From contig BFEA01000014.1 in the NCBI GenBank assembly GCA_003427395.1, positions 87,754 through 151,753 on the forward strand: DNA of 64,000 bases. The letters are read 5' to 3'. A program made the position numbers and the translations under genes. The notes under the pieces were generated by a model. It did no database searches, was not told the origin of the DNA, and was given only the letters and a program-made list of their open reading frames with translations. This stretch comes from Chara braunii (Eukaryota > Plantae > Charophyceae). Each line of letters opens with the position of its first letter. Position 1 is the first letter of the stretch. Shown here piece after piece: positions 46,161 to 59,520 of this stretch.

Positions 46161-46835
46161 TGTACCTCGTGGAACCCTTTCCTGTCGCAGAGAGCTTGAG
46201 AGGTATAGTTGGCAAGCACGGCCGAAGTGGTATCTCCGCTGACTCAAAAGCAATACCTTAATCCTGCGTGATATGACCGTGAGGTCTGACACTTGCCCCA
46301 GGGTGTGGAACCATCGTGCCCGACAACGATATATCAGAAGGACAATATTGGATACATTGTTGTTTGGTGAAGGAAGAGGTTGTCTACGATACCTAAGTTT
46401 ATTGCATCGCTCTTATTTGACTTGTATCTCAATGTTTGTTGCTTGTGTCTGCCACGTTTTGCGAGATACACAATTATCTGGTTCATAATGTGATGTTTGT
46501 ACCTCGTGGAACCCTTTCCTGTCGCAGAGAGTCATGAGAGGTATAGTTGGCAAACACGGCCGAAGTGGTATCTCCGCTGACTCAAAAGCAATACCTTAAT
46601 CCTGCGTGACATGACCGTGAGGTTCGACACTTGCCGCAGGGTGTGGAACCGTCATGCCCGACGACGATATATTAAAAGGACAATATTGGATACATTGTTG
46701 TTTGGTGAAAGAAAAGGTTGTCTACGACACCTAAGTTTATTGCATCGCTCTTATTTGACTTGTATCTCAGTGTTTGTTGCTTGTGTCTTCGACGTTTTGC
46801 GAGATACACAATTATCTGGTTCATAATGTGATGTT
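46161..46835. repeat. Tandem duplication of about 338 bp covering the LTR A 3' end and its flank
   Basis: TGTACCTCGTGGAACCC...TGTGATGTT occurs twice (46161 and 46498). Confidence 0.9.
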
Positions 46836-47737
46836 GCAATTTGATTTTATGTCGGTCGCTCTCGTTCATTTTTCTTGCTTATAATAATTATTTATATTAT
46901 TATTATTCTTTGTTATTCTTATTGTCTGTTATTATTCTTTGGTCTATACCGTTTTTTCTGATATAATTGCAAACACAATAAGATACGAGCATGTGAACCT
47001 CGTATCTAGCTGGAACTATAACCGAGTTCACACACGCTGGCCTGAAGCTAGTCCACACGTACGCATAATTATTTAGACGGAGGGCAGGAGTTTGAAAGGA
47101 AAAGGTAGAAGAAAGAGAAGAAAGAGGAGGCAAAAAGTAGAAGAGGAAGTGGGAGGAAGCTAAAAAAATGAGAAAGGAGAAGGTGATGAAGGAAGTGGGA
47201 AGAAAACACGATAAGTAGTGCAAGCTTCGAGCATGATTCATTGTGATTAGGTGTCACTGCAGTGCCCTCTGGATCAAAAGTTTTCAAAACTCTCTATCAG
47301 ATCTTGAGTGACTCCTCCTACATCTTGAGAGCCTCAACGTTCTATTTACTCCCACCCTCTCTAACTATATTTGAGGCTTCTCTAAGGGAAAGACAGTTGA
47401 AAGAGTGTTACTCTGACCAAACTGTGCTAAGACTGTACCAAGCGGCACCTCAAGCTGCCTATCGATTCAGAGAACTCTGTTGGAGTTCATGTGGAAGTTT
47501 GGAGATAGAGAACGATAAGGTGCGTGCGTGTAATCCTTTTCCCGTATACCCTTACATAAACGACCCTATATCAGAGTGCGTGTGTGACTATATGTCATAT
47601 ATGTCTCGACTTTCTTTAGTACAGAGCATCTATAAAGTAAAAAAACTATATATTGTGTAAAAAAGTTTGTCTGAAGGAAGGAGGAAACATTAAACGAACG
47701 TAGTAGAAAAAACATAGTTTGTTTGGGATTGGAGAAA

Positions 47738-50025
47738 AGTGGTAGGATGGAGACTCCAATGTGAGTCGACCTACCGTCTAATGTTCCGTACCGAACAGAT
47801 AGTGGTACTCCTGTGTGAGTAATCCTACTATTTACCCATATATGTATTGTTCCTAAGAGTCACGTGTTCAAAATCAAATTAGTATTAGGAGTCTCTGGTA
47901 AGGGTCGTCCTATTACTTGTTTGAAGGGTAGTACACTACTCCAGGGAGTCTTATAAGTCTGAAGGGTAGTACACTACTCCAGGGAGAGTTGCATTACTAC
48001 TTGTTCGAGACTAGTAAGATGACTAAGTGTTGAAGCTGGTGAGGTGCTCCAGTGTGAGTTACCCTACAACTTGTTTGAACCTGTGGTTTGTCTGATACTG
48101 AAAAAGTGGTAGGATGCTTCAATGCATGTTATCCTACTACTCTTGTGACATAAAGTTATATGTACATTATGTGTTATTGCGCAGGAGGGATGAAAACTCC
48201 AGTATGAGTCATTATGTTGCTTGTTTATGTGCAGATCGGTTACACATATGTGTTTAAGTATACATAATGATAACCTTTTAGTAGACGAATAACGAGATGA
48301 CTTCAGTGTGAGTTATTTTAATGTTTGCCTGCATGTTAAACTTGTAGAAGGATGCTCCAGTGTGAGTTGTCATATTTCTTGTTTGACACTAATTTGATTA
48401 GACCAGGTATTAAGGGGTAGTAAGTAACTCCAGTGTGAGTTGCTTTGCTACTTGAATGTATGCACGAATGCTTGACATTAAAAGGTAGTAAGGAACTTAA
48501 GTGTGAGTTGCTTTGCTACTTGAATGCATGAAAGAATGCATATGACTGAAAGATAGTTAGATACTTCATTGGGAGTTATCCTACTACTTTTTTGTGCATT
48601 TTTAACATATACATATATAAAAACTGATTATCTATGATTTGTTCACACGCATGTGGCTTGTGAAAAATTGAACCAGTAGTCATATACTCCTGCGTAGTAT
48701 GGCGAACGTATTCACGCCCCTTCACATTCGCACAAACGTGTTATCGCGAACATGTTTGGACGAACATAACTTTTTTTCGTTAAAAAAATAAAATAAAATT
48801 ATTTTTTCGGTTTTTGATCTTTAACTCATGATTGGCTATGAATTTGAACATGACTCCAAGGTCAATGTTACTTGTATTGTTATTTTACATAACATTTTTT
48901 TTTTTTCCAGATTTTTCTGTGAACGTTTTCTTTTTTTTTTAAATATTTTTTATGTTTGCGATCGGAGGGTTTTTCACGCTTGTTCGTATTTGGGGGAACA
49001 TGTTTGCGTTCGCCTCCGAACGCGAACACGTTGCTACGTAAATCCTGTGAGGGTCGTCCTACTAATATTATGAAGTGAGACTACACAATCCTCGAAGGGT
49101 AGTAGGAGGCTTCAGGGACGGTCAACCTATTATCAACTTGAATCAAAACTGACTGATAAGGAAAAAAATGGTAGGATGTTTCCGTATGAACCATCCTACT
49201 GCTTATTGTCTACTTTCTTACATGCCATTTGCTTAAATGGGTAGTAAAATATTCCATCGAGGGTCATCATACTACTTATTTGAAGTTAGTTTGCATAATA
49301 TTTGAAGTAGTAAGATACTTAAGTGAGAGTCATCCCATTACTTGTTTGGATATTAATCTGCGCAATATTCAAAAGGTAGTAGGAAACTCCACTGAGGGTC
49401 ATCCTACTACTTTTTTTTAGTTAGAGTATACAGTATTCAAGAGGTAGTAGGGGACTCTAGAGAGGGCCATTCCATTACTAGCTTGAAGTCTACACTAATT
49501 TGTGTGATGTGATTTATTTGTTGGAAACTAAACAAATAGTGAGGTACTTCAATGTGAGTTATCCTACTGTTTGCTTAGTATCGAAAAGTAATGGGGTACT
49601 CTAATGTGAATTATCCTACTACTCGCCTAAAATACATGTATCTATATATATATATATATATTGTTTGATTTATTGTTATCCTACTATTTGTGTGTGTCAC
49701 GGTGCGGATTGTATGGTATTGAAAGAGTAGTAGGATACTCTATGGCAAGTCATCCGACTACTTATTTGAACTAAGCTTGTCTAGTATTGATCAAAGTGGT
49801 AAGAGACTTCAGTGCGAGTCAATGTACTACTTAGGGGTGTTAAAACTAAAATAAATGAGATACCAAAAGAGATATATGTATATCTTCCTCCTACTTGTTA
49901 AATAATAGATAGGTCGAGTTCATAAAGCGGCGGGAATAAAAACTCCAGTGTGAGTCATCCTAGTGCTCGATTGAATGCGTATTTACTACTAAGTAGTAGA
50001 ATGAAGGCTTCAGTGAAAATCTTTA
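47738..50025 (+). repeat. Hairpin array B (about 26 units)
   Basis: Same unit consensus as array A. One unit is split by the MITE at about 48689-49042. Confidence 0.85.
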
Positions 50026-50056
50026 AACTATATATTTACATTTAGTCAGGATCATA

Positions 50057-50336
50057 CCTGTGTAGCATACCGAACATGTTCGGAGCTTTTCCAGACGTCC
50101 GGCCGAACATATTAAAAAAAATAATAATAAAAAATGTTTCTTATTGGTTATAAATTTGAGCATACCCCCAACGCAAACGTTGTTTGTTTTATTATTTTAC
50201 ATAACATATATTTGTTTCAGATTTTTCTGAGAACTGTTTATTTTTTTATTTATTTTTTATTTTTTTATGGTCGCGTTCGGGGGGTTTTGGCGCTCGTTCG
50301 CGTTTGGGTTCGAACCCGAACATGATGCTACACAGG
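50057..50336. mobile_element. MITE with CCTGTGTAGCAT TIRs (second, decayed copy at about 48689-49042)
   Basis: ATA|CCTGTGTAGCAT...ATGCTACACAGG|ATA, with internal CGAAC/GTTCG repeats. Confidence 0.85.
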
Positions 50337-50704
50337 ATAATATAATACTCATCCTTTATATTTAGAGTTCGTGTTATTGAACTTCAGATGATGTCATATC
50401 AATAGCAAAGAGGTGTTGAGACAATGTTGACTTGTGTGTGATTGCATGTTGTCTTAACCAATAACATTCGTTATGAGTTTATACAAGACTACATCCTGTT
50501 GTTTTATGGTAACAAGTTGGTATTTGGTCGACCTTTGTACTAAAAGTCATTTTCATCGATCTCTGCACGAAAAGTCATTTTCTGATTTTCGAATCATTGT
50601 CTAAAGTGTATGTGTTTGGTTAAAAATTGTCATTTAATGACTAAAGTTGGATTAGACTAAATGACTAAGTCTAAAAAAAGATGTATGACTGGGAGGATCA
50701 AAAG

Positions 50705-51610
50705 TGTAAGTGCAATGTGGGTAAAAGTGAACAAATGGTTGACTCTGCTAGAATTGTGCAATGCATTTTGATTTTGTTTGCCGGTAAGTCAAACGACCAA
50801 TCATGTGTCATTCACTATGTAACTCATGTTGACAAACTTATATTCATCAGAATCGTGACTCAGACATTTCATCGACGAGGAACCTTTGAACATTTGGTTT
50901 GGGTATCCTACTTTCATATTTATTAATGTTAAGAAGATTATGATCATATGTAAGACCAAAAGTCTTATACATCATATATTTTATTTGAAAGGTCACGAAC
51001 CTATATTATATTTTATATATGATTGAAAACTTTGTGAATTATGATATTTGTCTTTGCTTATGTGAAAATATAAAGATAATTTTCTGCCTTTAAGTCCCAA
51101 TCCTTGAAATTTATTTATTACATATATATTGATTGAAAATTGTTTTTTCAGTATGAATAATTTATGGGATAATTGCAAATAGATCAAATACTTTGTATGC
51201 ACGAAAGTTCGCCTGTCAAGTCGATCTGAACCGTAAGTCGGTTCGAGAGACCACCGGCCAGATGCTCGATACATATACGGGTCACTCTTAGGCATTATAC
51301 TGTGTGTATGCCGATGTTACTTCGATCGAGCAAACACCCGACCTACCTCTACGATTGCAAGGAAAAACCTTCGCATGGAAGGCAGTAGCTCACCAGGGAT
51401 ACACCTACCAGAAGGTGGTGACAGACCCTCAGGTAGATATGAGTTGTACCTCATGAAGCTCTATCATGTCGCAAGGAGCGGCGAAAGGTATAACTGACAT
51501 ACACGCTCGGAGTGGTATCTCCGCTGACTCAAAAGCAAATACTTAATTCTGCATGAAACGACCGTGGGGTCTAACACTTATTGCAGGGTGTGGTACCGTC
51601 GTGCTCGACA
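50705..51610 (+). mobile_element. LTR B, Ty3/gypsy-like
   Basis: TGTAAG...CGACA termini, PPT-like GGGAGGATCAAAAG upstream and a PBS-like sequence downstream. Confidence 0.65.
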
Positions 51611-51612
51611 GG

Positions 51613-51630
51613 TGGTGCCGTTGTCAGGTA
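51613..51630 (+). other. Degenerate tRNA-Asp primer-binding site
   Basis: TGGTGCCGTTGTCAGGTA against TGGCGCCGTTGCCGGGGA (14/18), 2 nt after the LTR end. Confidence 0.6.
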
Positions 51631-54600
51631 TCTCGCTTTCCAACGGAGTTTCTCAAAGAACAAAATCGGGAGTGGTGAGTCGATGATCACAACAAAATGA
51701 TAACTTTTGATAAAATTAAAATGATTTATTATATACGAACCTGATTATAAATGAAAAAACGCTAAGAGCAATATACTTAAAAAAAATGCGAGACATCATA
51801 TGGACAACACGCACAGATGTCGCCTTACCCAAAAAATTGACTCTCTACATGGGTCCTAAAAAGATAACGGACTCGAGTTGGGTAACCGACGATCTAACCA
51901 AAACGACAGTCAGTAATAAGTGTTTAACATACACTTAAGGTATTTATTTTTAAATAAAATAATCAAGTTTGTCTAGGCCGAATCCATTTGGAATTACATA
52001 TACCAAAGATAATAACTATTGATTATGAATATTTCATAAGGATAGAGCGAAAAAGGGATAAATTTTTACCTTCTCACAAAAAAGTCACGCGAATATAGTT
52101 GTGAAAATTTTGGGGGTACCCATGCTGAGATGTAGGTTCGAAGTTCGTCTTATAAAGTCTAGTAACGAATATATTTTAACCTTTATAATGATAACTGTTG
52201 TTAAAAATTTGTGGATCATGATAATATAATAATTTATAGTAATGCATTTGTTTGTGTTTGTGTCACTATGCGACAAGTTACTCGAACAAGGACGGAGATG
52301 CTTGTCAAAACTGTTTAGCCACCTGAGTTGTTCTCGTACATACCTTGATGCACATGAATAAGAAATATATATGGTTAAGGTGTTAGCCTTAAAAAATGTT
52401 AAAGTTACATGTAACAGAAATTTTGATTGTCTACCAAAACTCTAAGGAAACAGATTCAGTTACAGTTAGACGTCTAGGCAATACGATAATATTAGATATT
52501 ACTACGACCTAGTAAGTGAAACTTAGTGAGAAATTGGTGTATTTATTTTCCCGGCTTCTGTACAATTGTCACGTATCCAACTATTTTTAAGCATGCACTC
52601 AATACGTGACCACTTCTTGTATCTCGAAGGGTGTCAAAGCGACAAATGTTACCTCATACAGCTTGTTTATTTTTAATATATTATTGCCTATACTTAGACC
52701 GTTCTCCTTGATGACAATTTCTACACCAACTTGAATTCCAACAAATATTCGTAATAATAAGGGATTTGCTTTGACAACTGAAGCATTACAAAGATATTCA
52801 ATCAAATAGTATAAAGTTAGCAAGGAAAACCGGTCGACTTACAAATTTTTCCTTATCTAGTTTCGTCGGTTTTTTGTTTCCCTTTGACATGACCTGAAGG
52901 CTGACCGTGACACATATTTTTCAATTGACGCTATGCGTTAGCCATTGACTTTTATACAAAACCATATTTATAGTGTCTGCACTATAAACCTTTAAGGTAA
53001 ATGTCGTGAGTTAACCCGTTCACACTATTCCTAGTCATGTTTGCTCTATCTGAGTAGTTAGTAACACGATCGTTCATATTATATTGTTACTTCCATATTA
53101 TTTTCACTATAGTGGATACAACACAATGACTTACACATTGAGTTCATTATAGTTTCTGCTTTTTGTGCTCGCTGGCCATGTGCTACATCGCTATCTGACT
53201 TGTACATTAAGTTTCTTCGGCTATGCCGCTTATGGTGTGTGGGTCAAGTGCAAGAAAAGAGAGAGAAGAATGGCAATAGAAAGACTCTAAGAGACCCATT
53301 GATTTAGTAAACGAAAGAGAAAAATTAAAGGAGAAAAGGAAGAGAAATGAGAGAAAGCAAGGTTTCGTCGTCGCCGTTGTCACGCGCGACCGTCTCTCAC
53401 CCTGCCGGGAGCACTGAACCTCACAGTTGTGTCACGAAAGATTTTTTAGAGCGAAAAGAACCAGCCACTACTCCGACTGTGCGCTTCTACTATACCTCTT
53501 ACGACACCCCACGACAGGTGGAGGTGTCGCGAAGTACAACTTACCTCTACCCTAGAGGTTGTCACCACCCTTAGGTAGGCATATCCATGCTGAGCCACTG
53601 ACCCACATGCGAAAACTTTTACTTGTCTTTGTAGAGGTGGGTCGGTCGATGGGGTTTGCTGTATCGTCGAAACATAGAAATGGGGTATGCGCGGTAAGAC
53701 GCCTAAAACTGACACATTAGTCAAGTCATGTCCAGGATGTGATCTCCCTATCCTAAACTTCTAGATTTTTAGATCGAACTTTTAGAAGGCTGTCTATTCG
53801 GCTTCTGCGTTTTAAAAATGTGTTATTCTCCTGACAAAATGATCAAGGTATCAATCGAACCTTCTTACTACCAAGGACATTCTATCTTACTTAACGAGTT
53901 ATAACTTAACTGAACATAAGATAGTACAGAGGTTACATAGGACAAATAATGAATATGGGGGTATTACCGCCGAGAACCCTTCCCACTTTCACAAGTGTTG
54001 TAGGTCTGAGACTCTTCACGATATCAAACTCAGTTCAATCCAAACCACACACAAGACAAACCTGCACAGAGTAATGTAAAGACAGTTCATATGCCATGCA
54101 CTAACGACGTCAACCATCAATCCACAGCATTAACCTTGTCCCTACAAATTTTCAGTCCATTTTACTTTCAGTGATTGTCCAATTCGCTTCGTTGGGAATC
54201 AAATCTTCCAATCTCACCGTCGCTACCCTCTTTCGTGCCAACTTAGCCTTTAACTACTTCTCTGAGTTTCGGAGTCGACGCCAATATCTCTTTTAGATTT
54301 AATAACTCATTATGCCCGTCAAGTAGATAATTGACCAAGTTTACTACTAGATTTCCCCCCTCTTCAATCGATGTTTGGTACTTCCACTTCTTCTTCGATT
54401 TTTCCTAGCTTTCTCTTTCCCTTCAGTAATCTTCTGTTTGCGCTTCTTGACTCTCTGTTCAGTGCGTTTATCCTCTTCTTCCCTCAGTTGTTCATCTTGA
54501 TTTTCTTCATCATCGCCTATGTCAATAGAGGCTTCACCAAGAGGCGGCAGAGAAGTTTGCTCCTGTTGCTTGGATACATTGCCTCCCTTAGATCTGGGAG

Positions 54601-55126
54601 CAGAAAAAACACAAAATTCCTAAGGGCGTGGTAGGCTGCCTCTAACCCTGCAGACAGACTTGCCCTCAATGCCCTCGAATTAGGTTCTCGAGGATTATCC
54701 TCCCACTTTCTTGACTCATAGTAAATACGTGCGGGGTCCTCAATTCCAAGTCTTTGATTTCTTCGCATATACCTATCATCCTTGTGTTCAACTTCCCCAT
54801 CTTATCTATCAGATTCTTCATTCTCGTCATGGTTTCCTTTGCCGATTCCCTACTTGCTTCTCCTTCTCCAGGTTCGAGCTCGACCAACGGAGCATTCTCC
54901 TTCCCCAAACCTATTCTCAGTCTTTTTCTTAGCTGCTCACCTAGCTCGGTTGCATCCTCTACTCTAACAACCAGGTCTTCGTTTTTCTGTCATATCCGGA
55001 ACATGGTTCGGGCGCTAGGTCCGAGCTCCGCAACCCTGAGTGCTTCCTTTCTTGTGCCTCCGATGATGTTCGGATCAATCAAATTTCCTCGCGTATCGAA
55101 CACATCCCCATCTATGTTATACATAA

Positions 55127-56730
55127 TTAGTCAATCTTATTTATCAATTTTTCGAACATGACACTTTTTTCATAGTATGTTCCTTAATCTGACAGTGCGT
55201 ACATATGTACTCACTGTAGCCTATCCATCCTCGTCCGGACCCTTGACCGCTCCACTGTCCATCATTCCTACGAAAACCTCTGTCATAGGTCTGGTTATAC
55301 CCTTGACCGTAGCCTTAACCATAACCTTTGTTATACTCCTTACCGACTTGATTAACACTCACTTGATTATAGTTCCCCGACTGAGGGCCTCCCCGATTGT
55401 TCCAATTCCCTCATTGTCCGCCATTTCCTCTTCCTCTAAAGTCTCTCCCTCCTTAGTCAATCTTGTTTATCAATTTTTCGAACATGACACTTTTTTCATA
55501 GTATGTTCCTTGATCTGACAGTGTATACATGTGCACTCACTGTAGCCTATCCATCCTCGTCCGGACCCTTGACCGCTTCACTATAAGAGATGGTTAATGA
55601 GTGCATGTATTTTCATGTCTCATTTCCAGGCAGTTCAGCCACTTTAGGTTACTACACCACTTTCAGATTGTGTTTGGATCTATACATGAGGTTGTCTGAA
55701 ACCGCCTTCAGGCAGTTCAACCACTTCAGATTGATACACCAATTTCATATTGCCTACAGATCCATTGCAAATGGTGGGATGGGGGTACCTGAAACCCCTT
55801 TCAGAAGCTTCAGCCACTTCAACAGTTTCAGGTTCCCAGCTGAAATTCCTCAAATAATCTGAAGTGGCTGAAACCATTTGGATGGGGGTACTTGAAACCC
55901 CTTTCAGAAGCTTCAACCACTTCAGTGGTTTCAGGTCCCCACCAAGAATTCATGAAATGACGTGAAGTGGTTGAAGCTTCCGAAAGGGGTTTCAGGTACC
56001 CCCATCCAAATGGTTGGATGGGGTTGGATGGGGTTACATGAAACCCCTTTCAGAAGCTTCAGCCACTTCAGCGGTTTCAGGTCCCCACCTGAAATTCCTG
56101 AAATGACCTGAAGTGGATGAAGCTTTTGAAAAGGGTTTCTGGTACCCTCATCCAACCATTTGGATGGGGGTACCTGAAACCCCTTTCACAAACTTCAGCC
56201 ACTTCAGCGGTTTCAGGTCCCCAACTGAAATTCCTGAAATGACCTGAAGTGGCTGAAGCTTCTGAAAGGCTTTTAAGGTACCCCCATCCAACCATTTGGA
56301 TAGGGATACCTGAAATCTCATTCAAAAGCTTCAGCCACTTCAGTGGTTTCAGGTCCCCACCTGAAATTTATGAAATGACCTGAAGTGGCTGAAAAAACAG
56401 AGAGAAAAAAAAGACCCTAAAACTTGTCCTGCAAACCACCCGAAACTTCTGAAATGACATGAAGTGTCTTCAGGCCATTTCAACGGTTTCAGATGACTTC
56501 AGAGACTTTCATTCTGAAATTTCACGTGGTCGTTAACCGCGATTGTCTACTGTCCATCATCCCTACTAAAACCTCTGTCATAGTTCTGGTTCTACCCTTG
56601 ACCGCAGCCTTAACCATAACAATGGTTATACTCCTTACCGACTTGATTAACACTTACTTGATTATAGTTCCCCGACTGCCCCAATTCCCTCCTTGTCTGC
56701 CATTTCCTCTTCCTCCAAAGTCACTCCCTC
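55127..56730. repeat. ~326-bp tandem duplication; the second copy is interrupted by the 55584-56546 element
   Basis: TTAGTCAATCTT...CGAACATGACAC occurs at 55127 and 55453. The sequence resumes as CTGTCCATCAT near 56550. Confidence 0.85.
55584..56546. mobile_element. Non-autonomous element with inverted CCACTTCAG/CTGAAGTGG arrays
   Basis: Clean insertion relative to the uninterrupted duplicate, with GGTTAA...TTAACC near the ends. Confidence 0.7.
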
Positions 56731-56979
56731 CTTGACCACTTCCTCGCCCTCCGTTCCGACCTCTGCCTTGCCCCTGTCCGTGTCCTTGTCCTTGGAACTG
56801 ATTCTGATTTTGACTATGGTGCGAGTGTTGACCCTGCTGCGACTGATTTTCACTTGTTCCCCGACCTTATGTTTATCATGTTCCTCCGCCTGCTCCTTGC
56901 ATTTGGGGCAGATTCGTATACAGGCCTATTTAACCGAAGCCTGACCAATGATTCCCTGGGCAAAATCCGAGTCATGGCC

Positions 56980-57476
56980 CCCAACAGAAAAATTCCCACG
57001 AGAAATGAAAGTTGAAAAAACATTGCATAAAAAAAAATCCTTCATATTTAGAAATTATCATTTCAATATTCGTTAAAATCTAATTTGATAAGTTCCCGTA
57101 TAAATATGAGTTTTCCCTTTATTTGTTCAAGATGGAATGAAAGTCTGAACGAGTTTATGAAATGTTGTTATTAGACTGTCATTCTACTACAACTAATATC
57201 TTCTAATTTAGATTGGATTAACATATTTATGACTGAAAATCCTTACTTAGAATGACAGTCCAATTAAAATATTTCATGAACTCATCCAAATTTTCATTTC
57301 ATCTCTAGCATGAAGTTCAAATAAGAAAGGATAACTCATTCTTGGAAGAAAAGTTTTCAAGTAAAATGGGAACTTTAAAAATTAGAATGATATTTTTTAA
57401 GATAGAATGAAAATTTAAAATTTAGAATATAATTTTACTCTAGAATTATTTAATTTTGGAAATTTTTTCTGTTGCC
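56980..57476. mobile_element. AT-rich MITE-like element
   Basis: CAACAGAAAAATTCC ... GGAAATTTTTTCTGTTG inverted ends. Confidence 0.5.
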
Positions 57477-59520
57477 AGAAGGGCCACAACTGGCCAAGGA
57501 GCGAGTTGGGTTGTTGGAGCTGGCGCTTTTGAAACATAGGGCATCATAGTTTGTTGAGAGCTTTGCCCCTTTCCAACTCCTTGTTTTCCCGTTGTTTGGT
57601 TCTTGGTTTTCTTCTGGGTCATTTTTATCTTGAGTGCTTGCTCAGAATCTCCCTCTTTTTATTTGTCTCCTTCATCTTACTTCTCGTATCTTCTTTTGTT
57701 TACTACTTGACCAACCGTCATTACTTTTCCTGGTGCCATTTATTCATTCATCTCCTTGAATTGGGTCACTACACTGCTCAAGACTCCTCCTAAAGCTAGA
57801 TCCACTCCCTGAATAACACTCACTTCCTTCTTTTTCTTTCTCTCCATTTTCACTTGATGGTGAAATACCTGATTCAAATCTTCAGAAACCAAAATTCTTT
57901 TTATTGTTTCTCATGACGTCTTTCTACTTGGCGCACCCCCATGTGTAAGTTTCATGGCCTCATACCCTGAGAACTTCCCTAAGAAGATAACACACTGCAT
58001 TTCCTCGGAAAGTCCTAAAACTTGCTCCGCCATTTTTTGAAATGTCGTCGCAAATGCTTCTATCGCAGTAAAATCATTTCTCTTCAAGTTTTGGAGCTGG
58101 TCGACTGTCACTAATCTGTCTCCCAATATACATTTCCGTTGCATTTCTTTCTTGAAATCATTTCAGTCCCCTTGGGTATCGGTCACGATTTTTTCGACCT
58201 AAGGGCGGAATTCGCACCATACATATTCAAATAATTAAGCAAACTTATCAGTTGATATCAGTTGATTGAAGACTTGTTCCAACAGCTCTAGCCAGTAGGC
58301 ACCCGTTCTCCTTTGAAAGATAATATTTCTATTTTTGGCAGTTGCGACCTTTTGACAACTCTTCTTTTCAGTATTCTCACAATTTTGGCGACAATTATGA
58401 ATCCATGTCCTCCGTTCTCATTGACGTCTCCCATCTTTTCCCACAGTCCTCAATCAATTTGTGTTTCTTATACGCACACGCAAAAACGGCGAGTTTTATG
58501 TTATTTTTATTTTTTTATCTTTTCTCTTTTAGGTTTTTGCCTTGTTTTTTTCCCCATCCCACGATATTATCCAAGACTTGTTCAACCCACAATTTTAACC
58601 ACTTTACACGATCCTTACCTTACTCCTACCATATTTTTCCCCTTTTTCCTGATCTTAAATGATATACACTAATTCCCCCATTCATATCTCTCAATCACTA
58701 ACCCTATCATGCTTAAAATATTTGAGACATCCTCCCTTTTATACAACAAAAATGGGGATTGGTTCTATCCTAACTTTCTATTGAATGAACGCTAGTTCTC
58801 CTAAAATCCTACCCTTCCACTTTTTTTTGAGGACATCCAGTCCCTGGTCAAGGAGTCACACACCATACTGAACATTATGGGGATACCGTCAATGCACACC
58901 TTGTTCCTAACTTCGACCTTGAGTTTTTTCCAATAAGTCTGCCTTGGCTCCATAAAGTAGATCCGGACGTACGTGTTGTCGAGCGCATCGGCCCCTGCAC
59001 GAGCGAGGGCCCTTCCGACCGTGTCACGTAGGAGAAACTTAGTATTTCATATTTTAAAGACAACTCGGGGACGACACGGTAACCCGCACTGACCCTTCGC
59101 CGCTCTGGCCGAGTGCGCCAGCTGTACATCTGGCGGTCCCCTACGACAAGATAGGTTCTCACAGGGCACAACTTACCTTCCCTAAGGGGTTGTCACCACC
59201 CTTAGGGGCGTATCCCCGCCGAGCTACCGGCCCACGTGCGGAGACTTTTATGATGCAATTGTAGAGGTAGCCCGACCGAGGGCTTTGGCTCGTTCGTTGT
59301 AGCATAGGTACGCATGGTTAAACGCCAAAGTGGACCCGTCCTTGGGGCGCTGATCTCCCAGGAATCAGACCGACGTCAGTCGACTAGGACGTGGTATTCC
59401 AAGCATGAGAAAATCTCAATCAATCCTAGTCCCTTCTTTCAAAGACAATAAAAAGTTAAACATACAAAACTCGTTCAAATGAAGACTCACGTCAACGTAA
59501 GTTGATTTATCTTTCAAAAT

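Larger units (their letters stand above)
44894..46325 (+). mobile_element. LTR A (about 0.9 kb after removing the nested insertion)
   Basis: Colinear with 50705-51610. Preceded by purine-rich GAGAGGATTAAAAG and ends CGTGCCCGACA. Confidence 0.6.
53378..59520 (-). mobile_element. Degenerate LTR retroelement: LTR-like C (53378-54146), gag-like remnants and LTR-like D (58977 to about 59520, truncated)
   Basis: Both ends share the CCTAAGGGTGGTGACAACC...GGTAAGTTG motif and a GACA terminus with LTRs A and B. ORF 57911..58144 resembles a gag capsid fragment. No pol is seen. Confidence 0.55.

Noticed and set aside
42690-50025. Hairpin/spacer arrays as CRISPR arrays
   Set aside because: The repeats are highly degenerate, the spacers are related to each other and vary in length, there are no cas genes, and the context is a eukaryotic LTR element.
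42690-50025. Units as canonical iron-responsive elements
   Set aside because: The CAGUGN loop matches, but the unpaired C five pairs 5' of the loop is absent (the bulge is on the 3' side) and many loops vary.
52590-52890. Possible decayed coding fragment on the + strand
   Set aside because: Many stops and no motif I can assign to a family.
59180-59207. LTR hairpin as group II intron domain V
   Set aside because: It has a GNRA loop and an AC bulge but only a 2-bp upper stem, no AGC/CGC triad and no domain VI.
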